The notes under the pieces were generated by a model. That model was not told the DNA's origin and ran no database searches. It worked only from the letters and a program-made list of their open reading frames with translations. From the NCBI RefSeq assembly GCF_001194135.2, contig NC_069004.1, forward strand, positions 20,220,599 through 20,284,598: 64,000 bases of DNA. The letters run 5' to 3'. The translations under genes and the position numbers were made by a program. Positions 49,850 through 62,200 of the stretch are shown here, piece by piece. This DNA is from Octopus bimaculoides (Eukaryota). Numbering within the stretch: position 1 is the stretch's first letter; every line of letters starts with the position of its first letter.

Positions 49850-52800
49850 GACCTGATAGGTTGAAAGCATGTCATCAGTGACCAGCATGTAGATGGCCTA
49901 TGTTAGATATAAAGTAGTCTCCTTGTAGCCCAAGATAGTGATAGGATTCGGTTGCTGCATGGATGTCTGAGCAGCTCCATTTAGGGAGAGCACTACTCAC
50001 CTGGAAGCCAGAGAGGTTCTAGAAACGGTGAACCAAAAATTCCCTGTCTTTCTTTATCTGCTCAGTTTAGCGTGACTGTCAGATGTCAATCCTGTGCTCA
50101 CAAAGCAAAGAGAATATTTATAAAATCTGGTTGGACCTTGAATGTTTCATGTTGGAATGTATGCACTCTGTTGGATAATGAGAGTGATTGTAGGCCTGAA
50201 AGACCACACTACACTTGTTACTTGGGAGCTGAACCATTATAACACTGATATAGCTGCACTTTCAGACTTGTGTAGAAGGTGATGGTCAGCTTGAGGAAGT
50301 AGGAAATGGATACACCTTTTTTGGAAGTGGAAACTGAAGGAGGAGTGCAGAGAGGCTAGTGTTGGCTTTGCAGTTCAATCTGAAATCCTTAAGAAGTTAG
50401 AGAAGCTTCTTGTTCCTATAAATGACTGTCTAATGATTCTATGTTTGCACCTGAGGGGTGGGTGGTTTGCTACTTTAATAAGTGCTTATGCACCTACTTT
50501 GACCAGTTGTGATGAAAATGAAGCTATTTTCTATACCCAGCTGAGAGCTATACCTAGGAAAATCCCCAATTCTGATAGAGTCATTCTACTGAGGGATTTC
50601 AATGCCAGGGTTGGAACAGATTAGCAGACATGGAACTCTCTTGGATGTTTTGGTATAGGGAAGATGAATTGCAATAGTTTCATGCTTCTGGAGCTTTGCG
50701 AGGAATACGGACTTTACATCACAAGCAATCATTTTAAGCACAGGGGTCTAAAGTTTGGCACTTGCTGGATTGTGTCATCATTCACAAGTGTGACAGCTAT
50801 GACATTTGTAATATCAAGTCCTTTCATGGTTCGGAGTGCTGGACGGACCACAGCTTGGTGCAAGCAAAGTTCCAGATGATGATCAGAATGAAAGAAAGAA
50901 GAGGGCCAGTTGGCATTCCTTGGCATCTAAATCTCCATAAGATATATGATGCTGTGGTGAAGAAAGAGCTTCAGAATCGTTTATCCAGCACCGAAAATAC
51001 TACAATGTGGGAAGATTTCTGAGACCAGGCTCTTCAATGTGCTGCCGAAACACTAGAACATGCTACTTCCAGACACAGGGACTGGTTTGATGAAAATGAC
51101 GCTGAAGTTCAGCAACTGCTGGTTTTAAAGCGCCATGCCCACAGTATATTACTGCACAGAGGACTTTCAGTTGTGCACCGAAATCCAACACTTGCCCACT
51201 AGAGCAGTGTAAAATCACTACTGCAGTGATATCTCTGGAAGATGCAGAACACCTGGTGGGGGGATCTTTCGCGTAATGTTCAGGCTGCTGCAGATGCAAA
51301 TAACAACAAGAAGCTTGACTATCTTATGAAGCAAGTTAATGGGCCTAAGAGCTCTGCATCGGCTCCTTTTCTTTCCAAGGAGTCTTCTACTCCGTTTATT
51401 AAATCAACAGAGATCACAGGTCACTTGATTGGACATTTTTCTGAACTCCTAAACTATGAGTCAGTTGTGGATGAAGCAGTGACTGAAAGACCTGTCATTA
51501 GCTCCTTAAATTCCATGCCCTGATTAGATGAGATAATGACAGTAATAAGTAAATTAAATCTTGGTAAGGCACCTGGTAGGGATGGTATTTGTGCTGAGGT
51601 CCTGTGATCACATCACACAGTCCCTTAACAAACTTATTAGTGTCATCTGGAGGGATGGTGCAATGCCTAAGGACTGGGAGGATGCAATTATTCTTCCTCT
51701 CTATAAAAGAAAGAAAGCCAGAGTAGAGGGTGGCAACTACAGAGGTATTGCTCTACTATCAGCTGCTGACAAGGTTCTGGCAAGTATTCTTCTTACATGC
51801 CTGAATGGGTGTCTTGTAAATGATGTCCTATCTGAATCTCAATCTGGTTTCTGATCTGGAACAGGAACGATGGATATGATTTTCACAGTGAGACAGATGT
51901 AGGAAAAGTGATATGAGCAGAATATGTATCTTGTCCAAATATTCATTGATTCAACCAAGGCCTTTGATACTGTGAATAGGGTCTCCCTATGGAAAATATA
52001 TGGTAAACTTGGATGTCTGTATCACTTTGTATCAATAATCAAATCATTTCATGATGGGATAGAGGCTTGGGTCAATGTTGGTGGTAACATGGCAGGACCC
52101 ATTCCTGTAGAGAATGGTGTCAAGCAGGGTGGCACCCTTGTCTCAACTCTCTTTTCTCTGTACTTTGCTGCTTCTCTTACTCATGTTTTTGCTATGGACA
52201 GCTCTCTTGGGATATATGTCAGGTATCAATCCTCTAACTGTCTTTTTAACCTGCATCAATTCGCTGCCAATTCCAAAGTTTTCCAGACTCTTTTTTGTGA
52301 CCTCCTTTATGCAGATGACTGTGACTTAGTAACTCATACAGCCGATGATATGCAAATACTTGTGAATCATATTTCTGCTTCTTGCAAGACATTTGGACTC
52401 AGCATTAGCCTGGACAAGACTGTCGTAATGTTCCAGCCTGCACCAGGAAACCCATATGTGGAACCAGCTATTTTGGTTGAAGGAACAATGCTGAAAGTGG
52501 GAGACAAGTTTGTCTATCTGGGCAGCACAATCAGCTGTTCTTGCTCCCTGGATGAGGAAATATCTTTCAGGTTGCAGAGAGCAACTGATTGCTTCTAGTC
52601 TCTTCAGTCTCGTGTCTGGTCCCAGCATGGCATCACAAGGTGAACATGTGTATGTGTACTGACATCACTCCTTTACTCATGTGAGACATGGACCCTTTAC
52701 AAACATCATGTAAAGGTCTTTGAACGCTTTCATCAGAGATGTCTGAGATACATTCTGAATGCTGGTTGGACCTTAAAAACTCCAGATACACAGGTCCTGA

Positions 52801-53310
52801 GGAAAGTCAATATCTTGAGTATTGAGGCAATGGTGAACAAACACCAGTTACGTTGGACTGGACACCTTGTTAGAATGAATGATAATAGGATCCCTAAACA
52901 GATGCTACATGGGGCACTTGTTAGTGGAAAGTGACCCCGGCAGAAGCCAAGACTGTGATTTAAGGACTGTGTAAAGTCCTCACTAAAGGCCTGCAAAATG
53001 TGGGAGGCTGACTGCTTATCATGACCACAGATGGTGGAAACAGGTAATGGAGGGAGTCAATACCTTTGAAAGAACACGTATTCTTCATGAAGTATTTAAG
53101 TGTATGGCATGAAAATGCACTGCTAGTGTAATGAAAGGGGAAAGCTTGGTCTGCAATGTTTGCGGACATGTATGTTTGCCAAGAGCAGGACTCATTAGTT
53201 ACCAACGGAGTCGCAAGTGTAAAGTATAAGGTAGTCTTGAGCACACAATGTTCCTAAATGTCAGTAATGGTTTTCCTCAGTCATGAGTGGACAGCCATCA
53301 TCATCCTCAT
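49850..53310 (+). mobile_element. Near-complete RTE (BovB-like) LINE, pseudogenised
   Basis: LNVSCWNVCTL, ISAYAPTL, LRDFNARVG, NYRGIALLS, FIDSTKAFDTV, GVKQGGTL, LLYADDCDL, FVYLGSTIS, HQLRWTGHLVRM..IPKQ; many stops; ends GGACAGCCATCATCATC at ~53290-53310. Confidence 0.9.
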
Positions 53311-53529
53311 GTGTGTATATGTGTATGTATGTACGTATGTATGTATGTATGAGACAGAATTCTAAAGATTTCTATGATAAAGATTGGAAAACATACCTCA
53401 GGCTGTGTCAGCTGTGATTCAGCTTCATGACACAGGTTCTTTAGTGTTTGAAAAGTACTTTCAGAAATGTAAATTTCCCACTTGCCTTGCAGACAGAAAT
53501 GGGTATCAAGTATTTTCAAAATAAATAAA

Positions 53530-54420
53530 GTCATTTCTCAATCATATAGTTTTGGGTTCGGTCCCAATGCTAGGACTTGGTACTTCTTTGACTTTCTTGT
53601 CCACTGGCTTCACAATATTTTGGTCTGCAGGTACGTTGATAAAGATCTGTTCTATCTCCTTTAAAAAACCATGTCTTAATCATCTCCATGATTCCCCATC
53701 ATCTTCGTCCAATGTTTGCTGGAAAAACTCTCTGTGTAGAACTTTCTCTTTCCATTTGATGATCTTTTCTCTATTAGTTGTACTCCTGGAGGGTCTCAAC
53801 ACTGTCACTGATCACCTTTTCATTGAGTGAAGCCTGCAACATTCTTTCAGCACTATTCCCCAGATAGGCATGTAAGGACTTGATCTCCTTCATAACACTA
53901 TCTTCAGTTCCAACCAATTCTCTTGCACCTTCAAATCATCCATATACAGCAGGTGGTTAATAGGTTTTATGTTTTTCTGCAGTTTGTAACCAGCTTCCAT
54001 CTTTCTCAAAACCATGGAGAGTAGTAGCATACTAACAATAAACATCAGGTGTAACACAGAGTCTCCTTGAAAGATTCCTGTCTTGATGTTGACTTGTCCA
54101 ATTTCCCTCCCACCTGCAGTCAAAACTGCCTTCCAGTTCCTCATACTGTTTTTCAATAAATAAATCATATTTGTAGCTGCCCTGACCATCTCCAGGCATT
54201 TTAAAATCTATGAGTGAGGAATTATATCATATGCATGTGATTGATAGGCTTGTCAGCCTTCTCTGATAGTTCCTTAAAATTGCCTTATCTATAACCAACA
54301 GATCTTTTGTTCCTCGTGATTCCTTACTGCAGCCTTTCTGTTCATTCACTTTCAAGATGGTTGTACAATTTCTTTCTCATTATTCCAGTTAGAAGCTTCC
54401 ACATCACAGGCAAATAAGCA
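53530..54420 (-). mobile_element. Dong/R4-clade non-LTR element fragment (copy C), internally deleted
   Basis: GIFQGDSVL..INHLLYMDDLK (53890-54189); [19 protein letters not shown]-like segment near 54290-54345; 3' UTR-like CCAAGTCCTAGCATTGGGACC at ~53555-53580. 5' side abuts (CAT)n(TAT)n 54445-54560. Confidence 0.75.
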
Positions 54421-54475
54421 ATTGGATGATAGTTACTGGTCATGGATCATCATCATCATCATCGTCATCATCGTC

Positions 54476-54543
<68 letters not shown>

Positions 54544-54799
54544 ATCATTATTATTATTAAATATTATACTTCTGGTTGGAAGGCTAGAAAGTCAGTGGAA
54601 GCTTGACAAGTATTTTTGTTCTCAAAACTACTGTATTCACTGATATTATTGTTTAAAAGGTAGCATAAGACAGTAGTCTTTGTCCCCAGAAAAAAAAGCT
54701 AAATAATATTTGGGCCTTGTGCCCGAATATTAGTATTTGCGAAATGTTTACACGTTCGCAAGCAAGAAATGGGATGTGGGGTGGGCGTAACTTTCTAAC

Positions 54800-56960
54800 A
54801 CAAAGAGAAACTAAGTCAGGATAGATTTGGAAATGCTAATACAAATAAAGCCACAAGACTTGGAGAACATCCCAGACCATGTCCGCCTCAAGGATGGGAG
54901 GAAATTACCCTTGACTACCAAGGGCAGAAGGCCTCATTGCTTCACTTGTCATGAAGCAACACACCTACAAGCACTCAGCCCTCAGCAAAAAGGTACAAGG
55001 GTCTGTAGACCTCTGTTGACACCAACACTATGGCTGGGAAAACAAAAAACAGGACCAGTTGTAGAAAGATCATCACCAACAACAGGAAAAGCAGCAACAG
55101 TGGCGGTGGTGGTGGCAGGCATAACAACAACACCAGCAGGAAAACTGTCAGAGGTCAACCACAAAAACCAACACCTCGCAATGAAGCTCAACAAACTCAC
55201 CCTCTAACAAAAAAAAAAAAATAAACGCAGTAAAAGATACATATACAAACATGAATTCACTTCCACACAAAGAAGAGGAGGTTGCAACAGACACTACTTC
55301 TTCAACCACATTGAAAAGTGATGATGAGGGGTCACAGAGTAAATCCAAAAAACCGAAAAGAAGTCACAGAAGTGAGCCATTTTGTCCTGCTCCAAAACAA
55401 GATAACAAAGAAACAACACTCACACCCACAACAAACACAGATGCTCAGACAACTCCTGAGGGACTACAATCATCAACTAAAGTATCACAAGCACCAAAAA
55501 CCTCACTGCAGACAGAAAAAATCCCGAAAGGAAACTCACTCTACAAACGCAATAAGAAAAACAAAAAACAATGACGCAGGCAGCTAACTTTGCGTTATAA
55601 AGGAGAGCCAACAAAAACCTGATGGCCTCTCTTATCAATAATGGAAGACATTGAAAAAAGGTGGGGGGGGGAAATCTTCTTGGACTAGCATGTGCAACAT
55701 GCCAAAGAACTGAATGATTGTGAGAATGGATTTGGACACTATCCAAACAATTAGGGATGCATTTCCACATGATGTAGGAATCACTCAAGTAAATGCCAAT
55801 GAAAGGCTTCTCTATAAGAGTTCCCAAAGGAGCCCAATGAAGAAATGGAGGTGGGATCACCTGATCTCCAATGTTGCATGGAGGACTGGGCGCGCCATGG
55901 CTGATGATGTACAAACATGCACTGAGGCTGTGGCATCTCCAGTAATACTTTAACGGTGAGCAGATGTGGTCACCGTTTGTTGGACGTGCTTTTCCACAGC
56001 TCGACTCCTTAATGGGGGTACAGTCCTGGATCAGGCATAGACTGAGGCAGGGCCCTTGGTACCTGGAGTGTCTTCAGTGCTCACAGCCCTCGGCTAATCA
56101 TGTAATGTGATCTGTGGAAGTTCCACATTGGAGTTTATAGGGGATTATGGAGGGTAAGAGTGATGACGTTCTTAGAGAGGTTCTGAGCATCAGGAAGGAT
56201 CAACTGGCTGGTTTTTTCCAAAGGACTTTTGGACCGGGACCTATGGATAACTTCCACAAATCTCTGGCTTGGTAGCACTACCAGGGGATCTCTGCCGGTT
56301 CACTACATGCTCTACAGGCACAGGTGTGCAATCAGACAGGCTTGTCTGAGATGCACCCGGTGTGATAAAACCATTCTGCATACTCTCGTACAGTGTCCAC
56401 AGATTGCGGACTTGTGGAGCTTTGTCAAACAGTTATTGTCTTGTGTAGGACAGATCCGGCTGTCATCCAAGTCCATCTGTCGGGTGGCTATAGCAAAAGG
56501 GGTTGTGTGGTGGACGCGATTGAAAGGGTTGAAGATGGATACCTTCCACTTTGGCCAAGGCCTCATTGACTTTTTCAGGTTCCACCTGAAAAGGAAAGTG
56601 AGGCTGAAGAGGGAGGTGCTGTCATCCAGTAAGTTTGTTGAAAAGTGGGTGAAAATGTGACAAGAATGGCCCCTGCAAATGGGCCTACTTTAAGTGTGCA
56701 CCTGTAGGCCGGATGGATTGAGGAATAGAGGAGTGCCTACCTGAGGTGCTTTTGGTGTTAGGGGGTCCAAAGTGTGTGAGATTCCTTTGGTCACCTCTCG
56801 GTGGAACTCCCCGCTATTGGGGAAGTACATTCTTGTTTTAATCTCCTTGTTAATTGTTGTTTATTTTTTGTTTGCTGTTTACATGCTTAACCCCACAGTC
56901 ACTGGTCTGTGTATCGTCATTTATGTTTTGTGTTCAGCCCTGCTGGCCAATAAACAAATT
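54800..56960 (+). mobile_element. L1/Tx1-like non-LTR remnant lacking most EN/RT
   Basis: ORF1-like GRRPHCFTCHEATHLQALS (degenerate zinc knuckle); C-terminal CLRCTRCDKTILHTLVQCPQIADLW (zf-RVT-like); T-rich 3' UTR and AATAAA at ~56948 before (ATC)n. Confidence 0.7.
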
Positions 56961-56989
56961 ATCATCATCATCATCATCATCATTCAGTA

Positions 56990-59021
56990 GTTTTATTTTT
57001 ATCACATGTTTTCACTGCACTACCAAGCCTTCGGTATGTACTGTGTTTGTTGTGGTGCTTTTATTTTCACTGTATTGAAAGTGTTTTATGAAGGATGTGT
57101 GTTGTGCTGAGTAGTGCCATTTTCTATGTTATATATACTTGTTAGTCCTGGTGATTTTGTTATGTATTTGTCTGAATGCTTTCTCCGTTTCTTTTAGAAA
57201 AATGTTGTCATTTGTTGGTATTGATACATCGATTAGAAAGCATATTTTTCTTCATGATCTCTGACAACTATTCCCAGCCTGTTGGCCTTAATTTCTCTAC
57301 CTGTGTGTATTGGCACATCCCATAGTATTGTTGCATTCTCATTTTCTCATTTTCTGTGACCTTCAGTCTCTTCTTTGAGTCCTCAGTTTCTCAGCCATTG
57401 TTGGGCTTTTGCTATGACTATTTCTTTTGCATTTAGTTTAACCCAGTATTATACCACGAAAGGGCTTTTCTTGCCATCGTTTTATCATGATCCATTGCTC
57501 TTCCAGTTTTAGTTTGGATTTCATTTGTTTTACAACTTTTTTGTTTCTTCTTTTTTTTATAGTTGTTAGGTAGTCTGACTTCTTGTTTGTATTTGTCAGC
57601 TTCCTTATAGACTGAAAACAGTTATTTGTTTTGTTCGTGTTTTGTGGCTATTTGTATTAGTTTTCCTTGCTTCTGAAGTAGGTATTTTTGTAGTCCTATG
57701 GTGGTTATTTTGTAATAGTTTTCTAGCTGTATTAGGCCTCTACCACCTTGTATACATTGTGTATATAATCTTTTTATGTCAGATTTTGGGTTGTGCATCC
57801 TAAATCTTGTCATTATTTTTCTTGTTTTCTTGTCTATTTTGATTAGTTCATTTAGTGTCCAGTTAAAGATATTGTAGCTATAACTTATAACTGGGACAGC
57901 AGAAGTGTTGATACCTATCTTGTTTTTCGCACTGAGCTCAGTTCAGTATTAATCTAACTCGTTAATAGTATTCTTTTTTAATTTTCTCTTTCATTTGTGT
58001 GTGTTGTATTGCATCTAGTTCATTGATTCCTAAGTATTTGTATGTCTGGTTTTTGGTCTAATTCTCTTATTTCATTTGTTTTATCTAGTGTGATGCTGCT
58101 ACTCTTAACTAGTTTTCCTCTTTCCAAGGTTGCTTTGGCACATTTTTCTAAGCCAAATTTCATATTTATTTCTTTGGTAAATCCATGTAGTTTGTAGTAA
58201 ACTTTCCAGCTATTTATCATTTGTAACGTAGTTTTAGATCATCCATGTATAAGAGGTGGCTGATTGCTTTCCCGTAACAGTTCTGTTTAGCATGTCAGAT
58301 AAAGGTGTCAGTGCCAAGCAGAAAGGGAGTGGAGAGAGCATGTCTCCCTGCAATATTCCTTTTCTAATGGGGATGGCTTTGGTTTTTATGAGTCCCTCTT
58401 CTGTTTGGAGCTGTAGCACTGTCTGCCATTTATTCATGGAATGTTTGATATATCTTATTGGTGCTACTTTGTTCATGGCAAGTGTTTCTACGATTCATGT
58501 GTGGGGAATACTATCAAAAGCCTTTTGGTAATCGATTCAGGTCATACTTAGACCCTTCTTCTTTCTGCAGCTGTCTTCATTTTGGCTTTATTGATCATTA
58601 ATTGATCTTTACAGCCAAATGATCCCTTGCAGCATCCCTTCTGCTCTTCTGGAAACAGCAGATTTTCTTCCAGATGCTTGCTCATTCTCTGCGATATTAT
58701 TGCAGTAAAGGCTTTGTAAATTGTAGGGAGACAAGTTATTGGTCTGTAATTTTGTAGGTTTGCCGTTTCAGTGGATTTGGTAATTAGGATAGTTTTCCCT
58801 TCTGTGAGCCATTCAGGCATTGTCTCTGGCTCTGCTAGTATGTCATTAAACTTCTTAGCCAGTTTTTTATGCGTTCCTGTCAGATATTTTAACCAGAAGT
58901 CAGGGATCTTATTGTACCCAGGTGCCTTCCAGTTGCTTAGTTTTTGCAGTGCCTGGGTGATCTCTTCAGTTGTTATAGGGGTCCAGAGTTGTTCAGGTGC
59001 TAAGTTCATTGTTTTGATAGA
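56990..59021 (-). mobile_element. Dong/R4-clade element (copy B), 5'-truncated
   Basis: NWKAPG..NYRPITCLPTIYK..EQKGCCKGSFGCKDQL; GILQGDMLSPL; FGLEKCAK; MHNPKSDIKRLY..GGRGL; ATILWDVPIHT..IDVSIP endonuclease remnant. Confidence 0.85.
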
Positions 59022-59142
59022 TTCTTCTTCTTCTTCTTCTTCTTCTTCTTCTTCTTCTTCTTCTTCTTCTTCTTCTTCTTCTTCTTCTTCTTCTTCTTCT
59101 TCTTCTTCTTCTTCTTCTTCTTCTTCTTCTTCTTCTTCTTCT
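59022..59142. repeat. (TTC)n microsatellite, about 40 units
   Basis: Directly visible. Confidence 0.95.
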
Positions 59143-59208
59143 AATTTTATTATTATTACTTTTAAGTTGGCAAACTGGCAGAAATGTTAGCATGCCAAGC
59201 AAAATGCC

Positions 59209-59231
<23 letters not shown>

Positions 59232-59246
<15 letters not shown>

Positions 59247-62200
59247 TTTATGTTTGACTTTTGCTTTGCATTTGTACAAGTTGGATCCAAGTCTCACCCA
59301 GAGACCTCAAGAGACAACAATTTAGAAGTTCATGTGTATGTTATGCCTAGGGTGCCATATATTTGGTTTTGTACAGTTTTGTTCTAGTGAATGTTTAAGA
59401 AACCATAAGAAAATTATGTGTTTGCTTTAAAATTTGAGATCACATAGACAGTATTTTACGTAGGATATGGGCAGTTCCCATGAGCACTATCTTTTGAACT
59501 TCAGCCATTTTGGGGTTTCCTGGTATCTGAGCTAGGTAGTAATCAGTCCGTTTCGCTGTCATTCCCAGGGCACCTATGACAATAGGTATTGTTTTCGTCT
59601 TCAGATTCCACATTTTGCTAATTTCTATTTCAAGATCTTTATACTTGCTCAGTTTTTGGTAGGTCTTGACAGATACGTTTATATCAATTGGGACAGTCAT
59701 ATTAATGAGGAGGTATGATTTTTGTCTGAAGTCCTTCAATATAATGTCTGACCTATTTGCACCTATCTTTCTGTCAGTTTGAATGGTGAAGTTCCAGAGA
59801 AGTGAGATGTGATCATTTTCAAGCACTGGAGGTGGTTTGTGTTCCCACCAGTTTTTATCATGGGGCAGGTGCAGGTTTTCGCAAATTACCCAGTGAATAT
59901 ATTGTGCAGCTCTATCATGGCTGTTGAGATACTCTGTAGGTGCAAGAAGACTTCACATGGAGACAACATGATCAATGGTTTTCATTTTGTTGTTGATATA
60001 CACAAAATGTTGAGAAGCTGCCGTTCTTTAATATGTTTGCCTGGTAGTTTCTTGTAGATAAGCATTGATCTTGGGCTGCTGTGATAAACCCTTCTGTTTC
60101 TGATTTTAAGCCAGAAGCCATTAGCCATTGATGGGTAAGGGCTTTGTCAACATCAGCATTATTAGTTCTCTTTGGGTAGGAATTTCAACCATGTTTCGTG
60201 GTCTGCTACCACAACAGCTCCTTTATAGGATCTAGTTAGCTCAAGACATCATCAGGAGGAACCACGTCCGGTTTCGGCCCCTACTCCTCTACCGTTTTGA
60301 CATGGCGGGGCCCCCCCTTTCGGAGGTGTCTTCAGCTCTGGTGTTGGGTGCATGTCTTCTTTCTTCTATTCTCTGGCCTCTTCGATGCAGCATCAACGAG
60401 TGTCAGCGTCTGACTGACTGTCTTGTCAAATTCCCCTTTTTATACCTGCTGCTAGGCTCCAGCTGGCTGCCCCAGCAAGTTGTCATGTGACGCTGACACT
60501 CGTTGATGCTGCATCGAAGAGGCCAGAGAATAGAAGAAAGAAGACATGCACCCAACACCAGAGCTGAAGACACTTCCGAAAAGGGGGACCCTGCCATGTC
60601 AAAACGGTAAAGGAGTAGGGACCGAAACCAGACGTGGTTCCTCCCGATGATGTCTTGAGCTAACTGGATCCTATAAAGGAGCTGTTGTGGTAGCAGACCA
60701 CGAAACATGGTTGAAATTCCTCCTGGAATTCACTTAGATATTCCTTTGCCTGTTTTGTTACTGAGTAAGATTCTTTCTTGCTTTCATGTTTTGAGACAAG
60801 TTTTAGCATCCAGTCCTCAGAGTTTTTCAGGTAGGTGTCTCAGCCAATTGTGGCAATATCCATTGGTAATACAAGTTGTAAAAGTCCACAGCCTCCCTCT
60901 TTTCTTGGCAGATAAAGTCGTTCTATATCTGCCTTAGGGTGGTGCATTCTATGCATTGTCAACAATTTTCGTATTTTTCTATCAAGATTTTTCAGTAATT
61001 GACCAATATTGAAACTGTAAGTCATGACTGGTATGGTTAAGGTATTGATCGCTTTGATCCTGTTTCTTGCATTCAGCTCTGTCTTGAGTATTGCTCTCAC
61101 CCTGTGATAACATTCACTTCTGATCCTTTCCCTTATCACTGAATGTTTGGTTCCGTCCCCTTCAAATACCCTTAGATATTTGTAGCTCTCTGCTGGTTCA
61201 AACTCTTTTATGACATTCTGTTGGTCAAGGTTAACGTTAGATGTTTCTGTCATTTTTCCTTTGATAAAGGTAGCTTTTGCACATTTATCAAGGCCAAATT
61301 GCATCCTGATGTCATCACTGAATTGTTTAACAATCACTAGTAAGCCCTTGATTTGTTGGTCATTTTTTGCAAAGAGCTTTAAATCATCAATGTAAATAAG
61401 ATGATTTATATTTTTATCAAACATTTTATAATCGTACTGTACATCATTGAGCAATTTTGAGAGAGGTATTAAGGCTAGGCAACAAAGGAGTGGTAATAGT
61501 GAGTCATCCTGGAAAATGCCACCTGAAATTTTTACATCTCCAGCATTTAGAGATTCATTGTCACTGTTCAAAGTCAGTGTGGTTCTCCATGATCTCATAC
61601 TTACAGACAAAAAGTTTTGCAAATGTATAAAATAGTAAGAGCTATTTTATACATTTCCAGACGTTTCTTAATCCAGCTATGTGGTAGGCTATCAAAAGCT
61701 TTTTTATAGTCTATTCAGGATATTGACAAGTTTCTGTGTCATTTGTGACAATCTTCCAAGATCATCTTATTGATGAGTAGCTGATCTTTACAACCATAAG
61801 ATCCATGTTTACATCCCTTTTGCTCATTAGGGAATATGCTACTTTCTGTTAAAAAACTATAAGTATATTCAGTCAGGATAGATGTTAGCATTTTATACGT
61901 TGTTGTTAAGCAGGTTATGGGTCGATAATTTTTTGGTTCATTTGTTTCTTCATTTTTTTGAAGTTGGAATGTTAAACCATTAACTAGCCAAGAGGGAATC
62001 ATACTAGAATGTTGCAAAACATTGTTGTAAAGTTTTGTTAGCAGTTCATGGCTCTCTGGGAAGGCATTAACCAGAAGTTAGGAATTTTATCCTTTCTTGG
62101 AGACTCCCATTTGCTTGACTTCCTGAGAGCAGATCATATATCTTCTACCTTGACACCCTCCTACTTTTTCTCTTCTAAGCAGTCTAAGTCTGAAGATATT

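Noticed and set aside
54422-54643. Poly-Leu/Ile 'transmembrane' or poly-Arg/Ser ORFs (also 58771-59387, 63133-63372)
   Set aside because: Translations of (TTA)n, (CAT)n and (TTC)n microsatellites.
59158-59209. Possible HDV-like ribozyme at a Dong 5' end (GGCA/UGCC and UUGG/CCAA pairings on the minus strand)
   Set aside because: Helices are only 4 bp, there is no P1.1/P4 or catalytic-C context, and the sequence is better explained as a SINE head on the plus strand.
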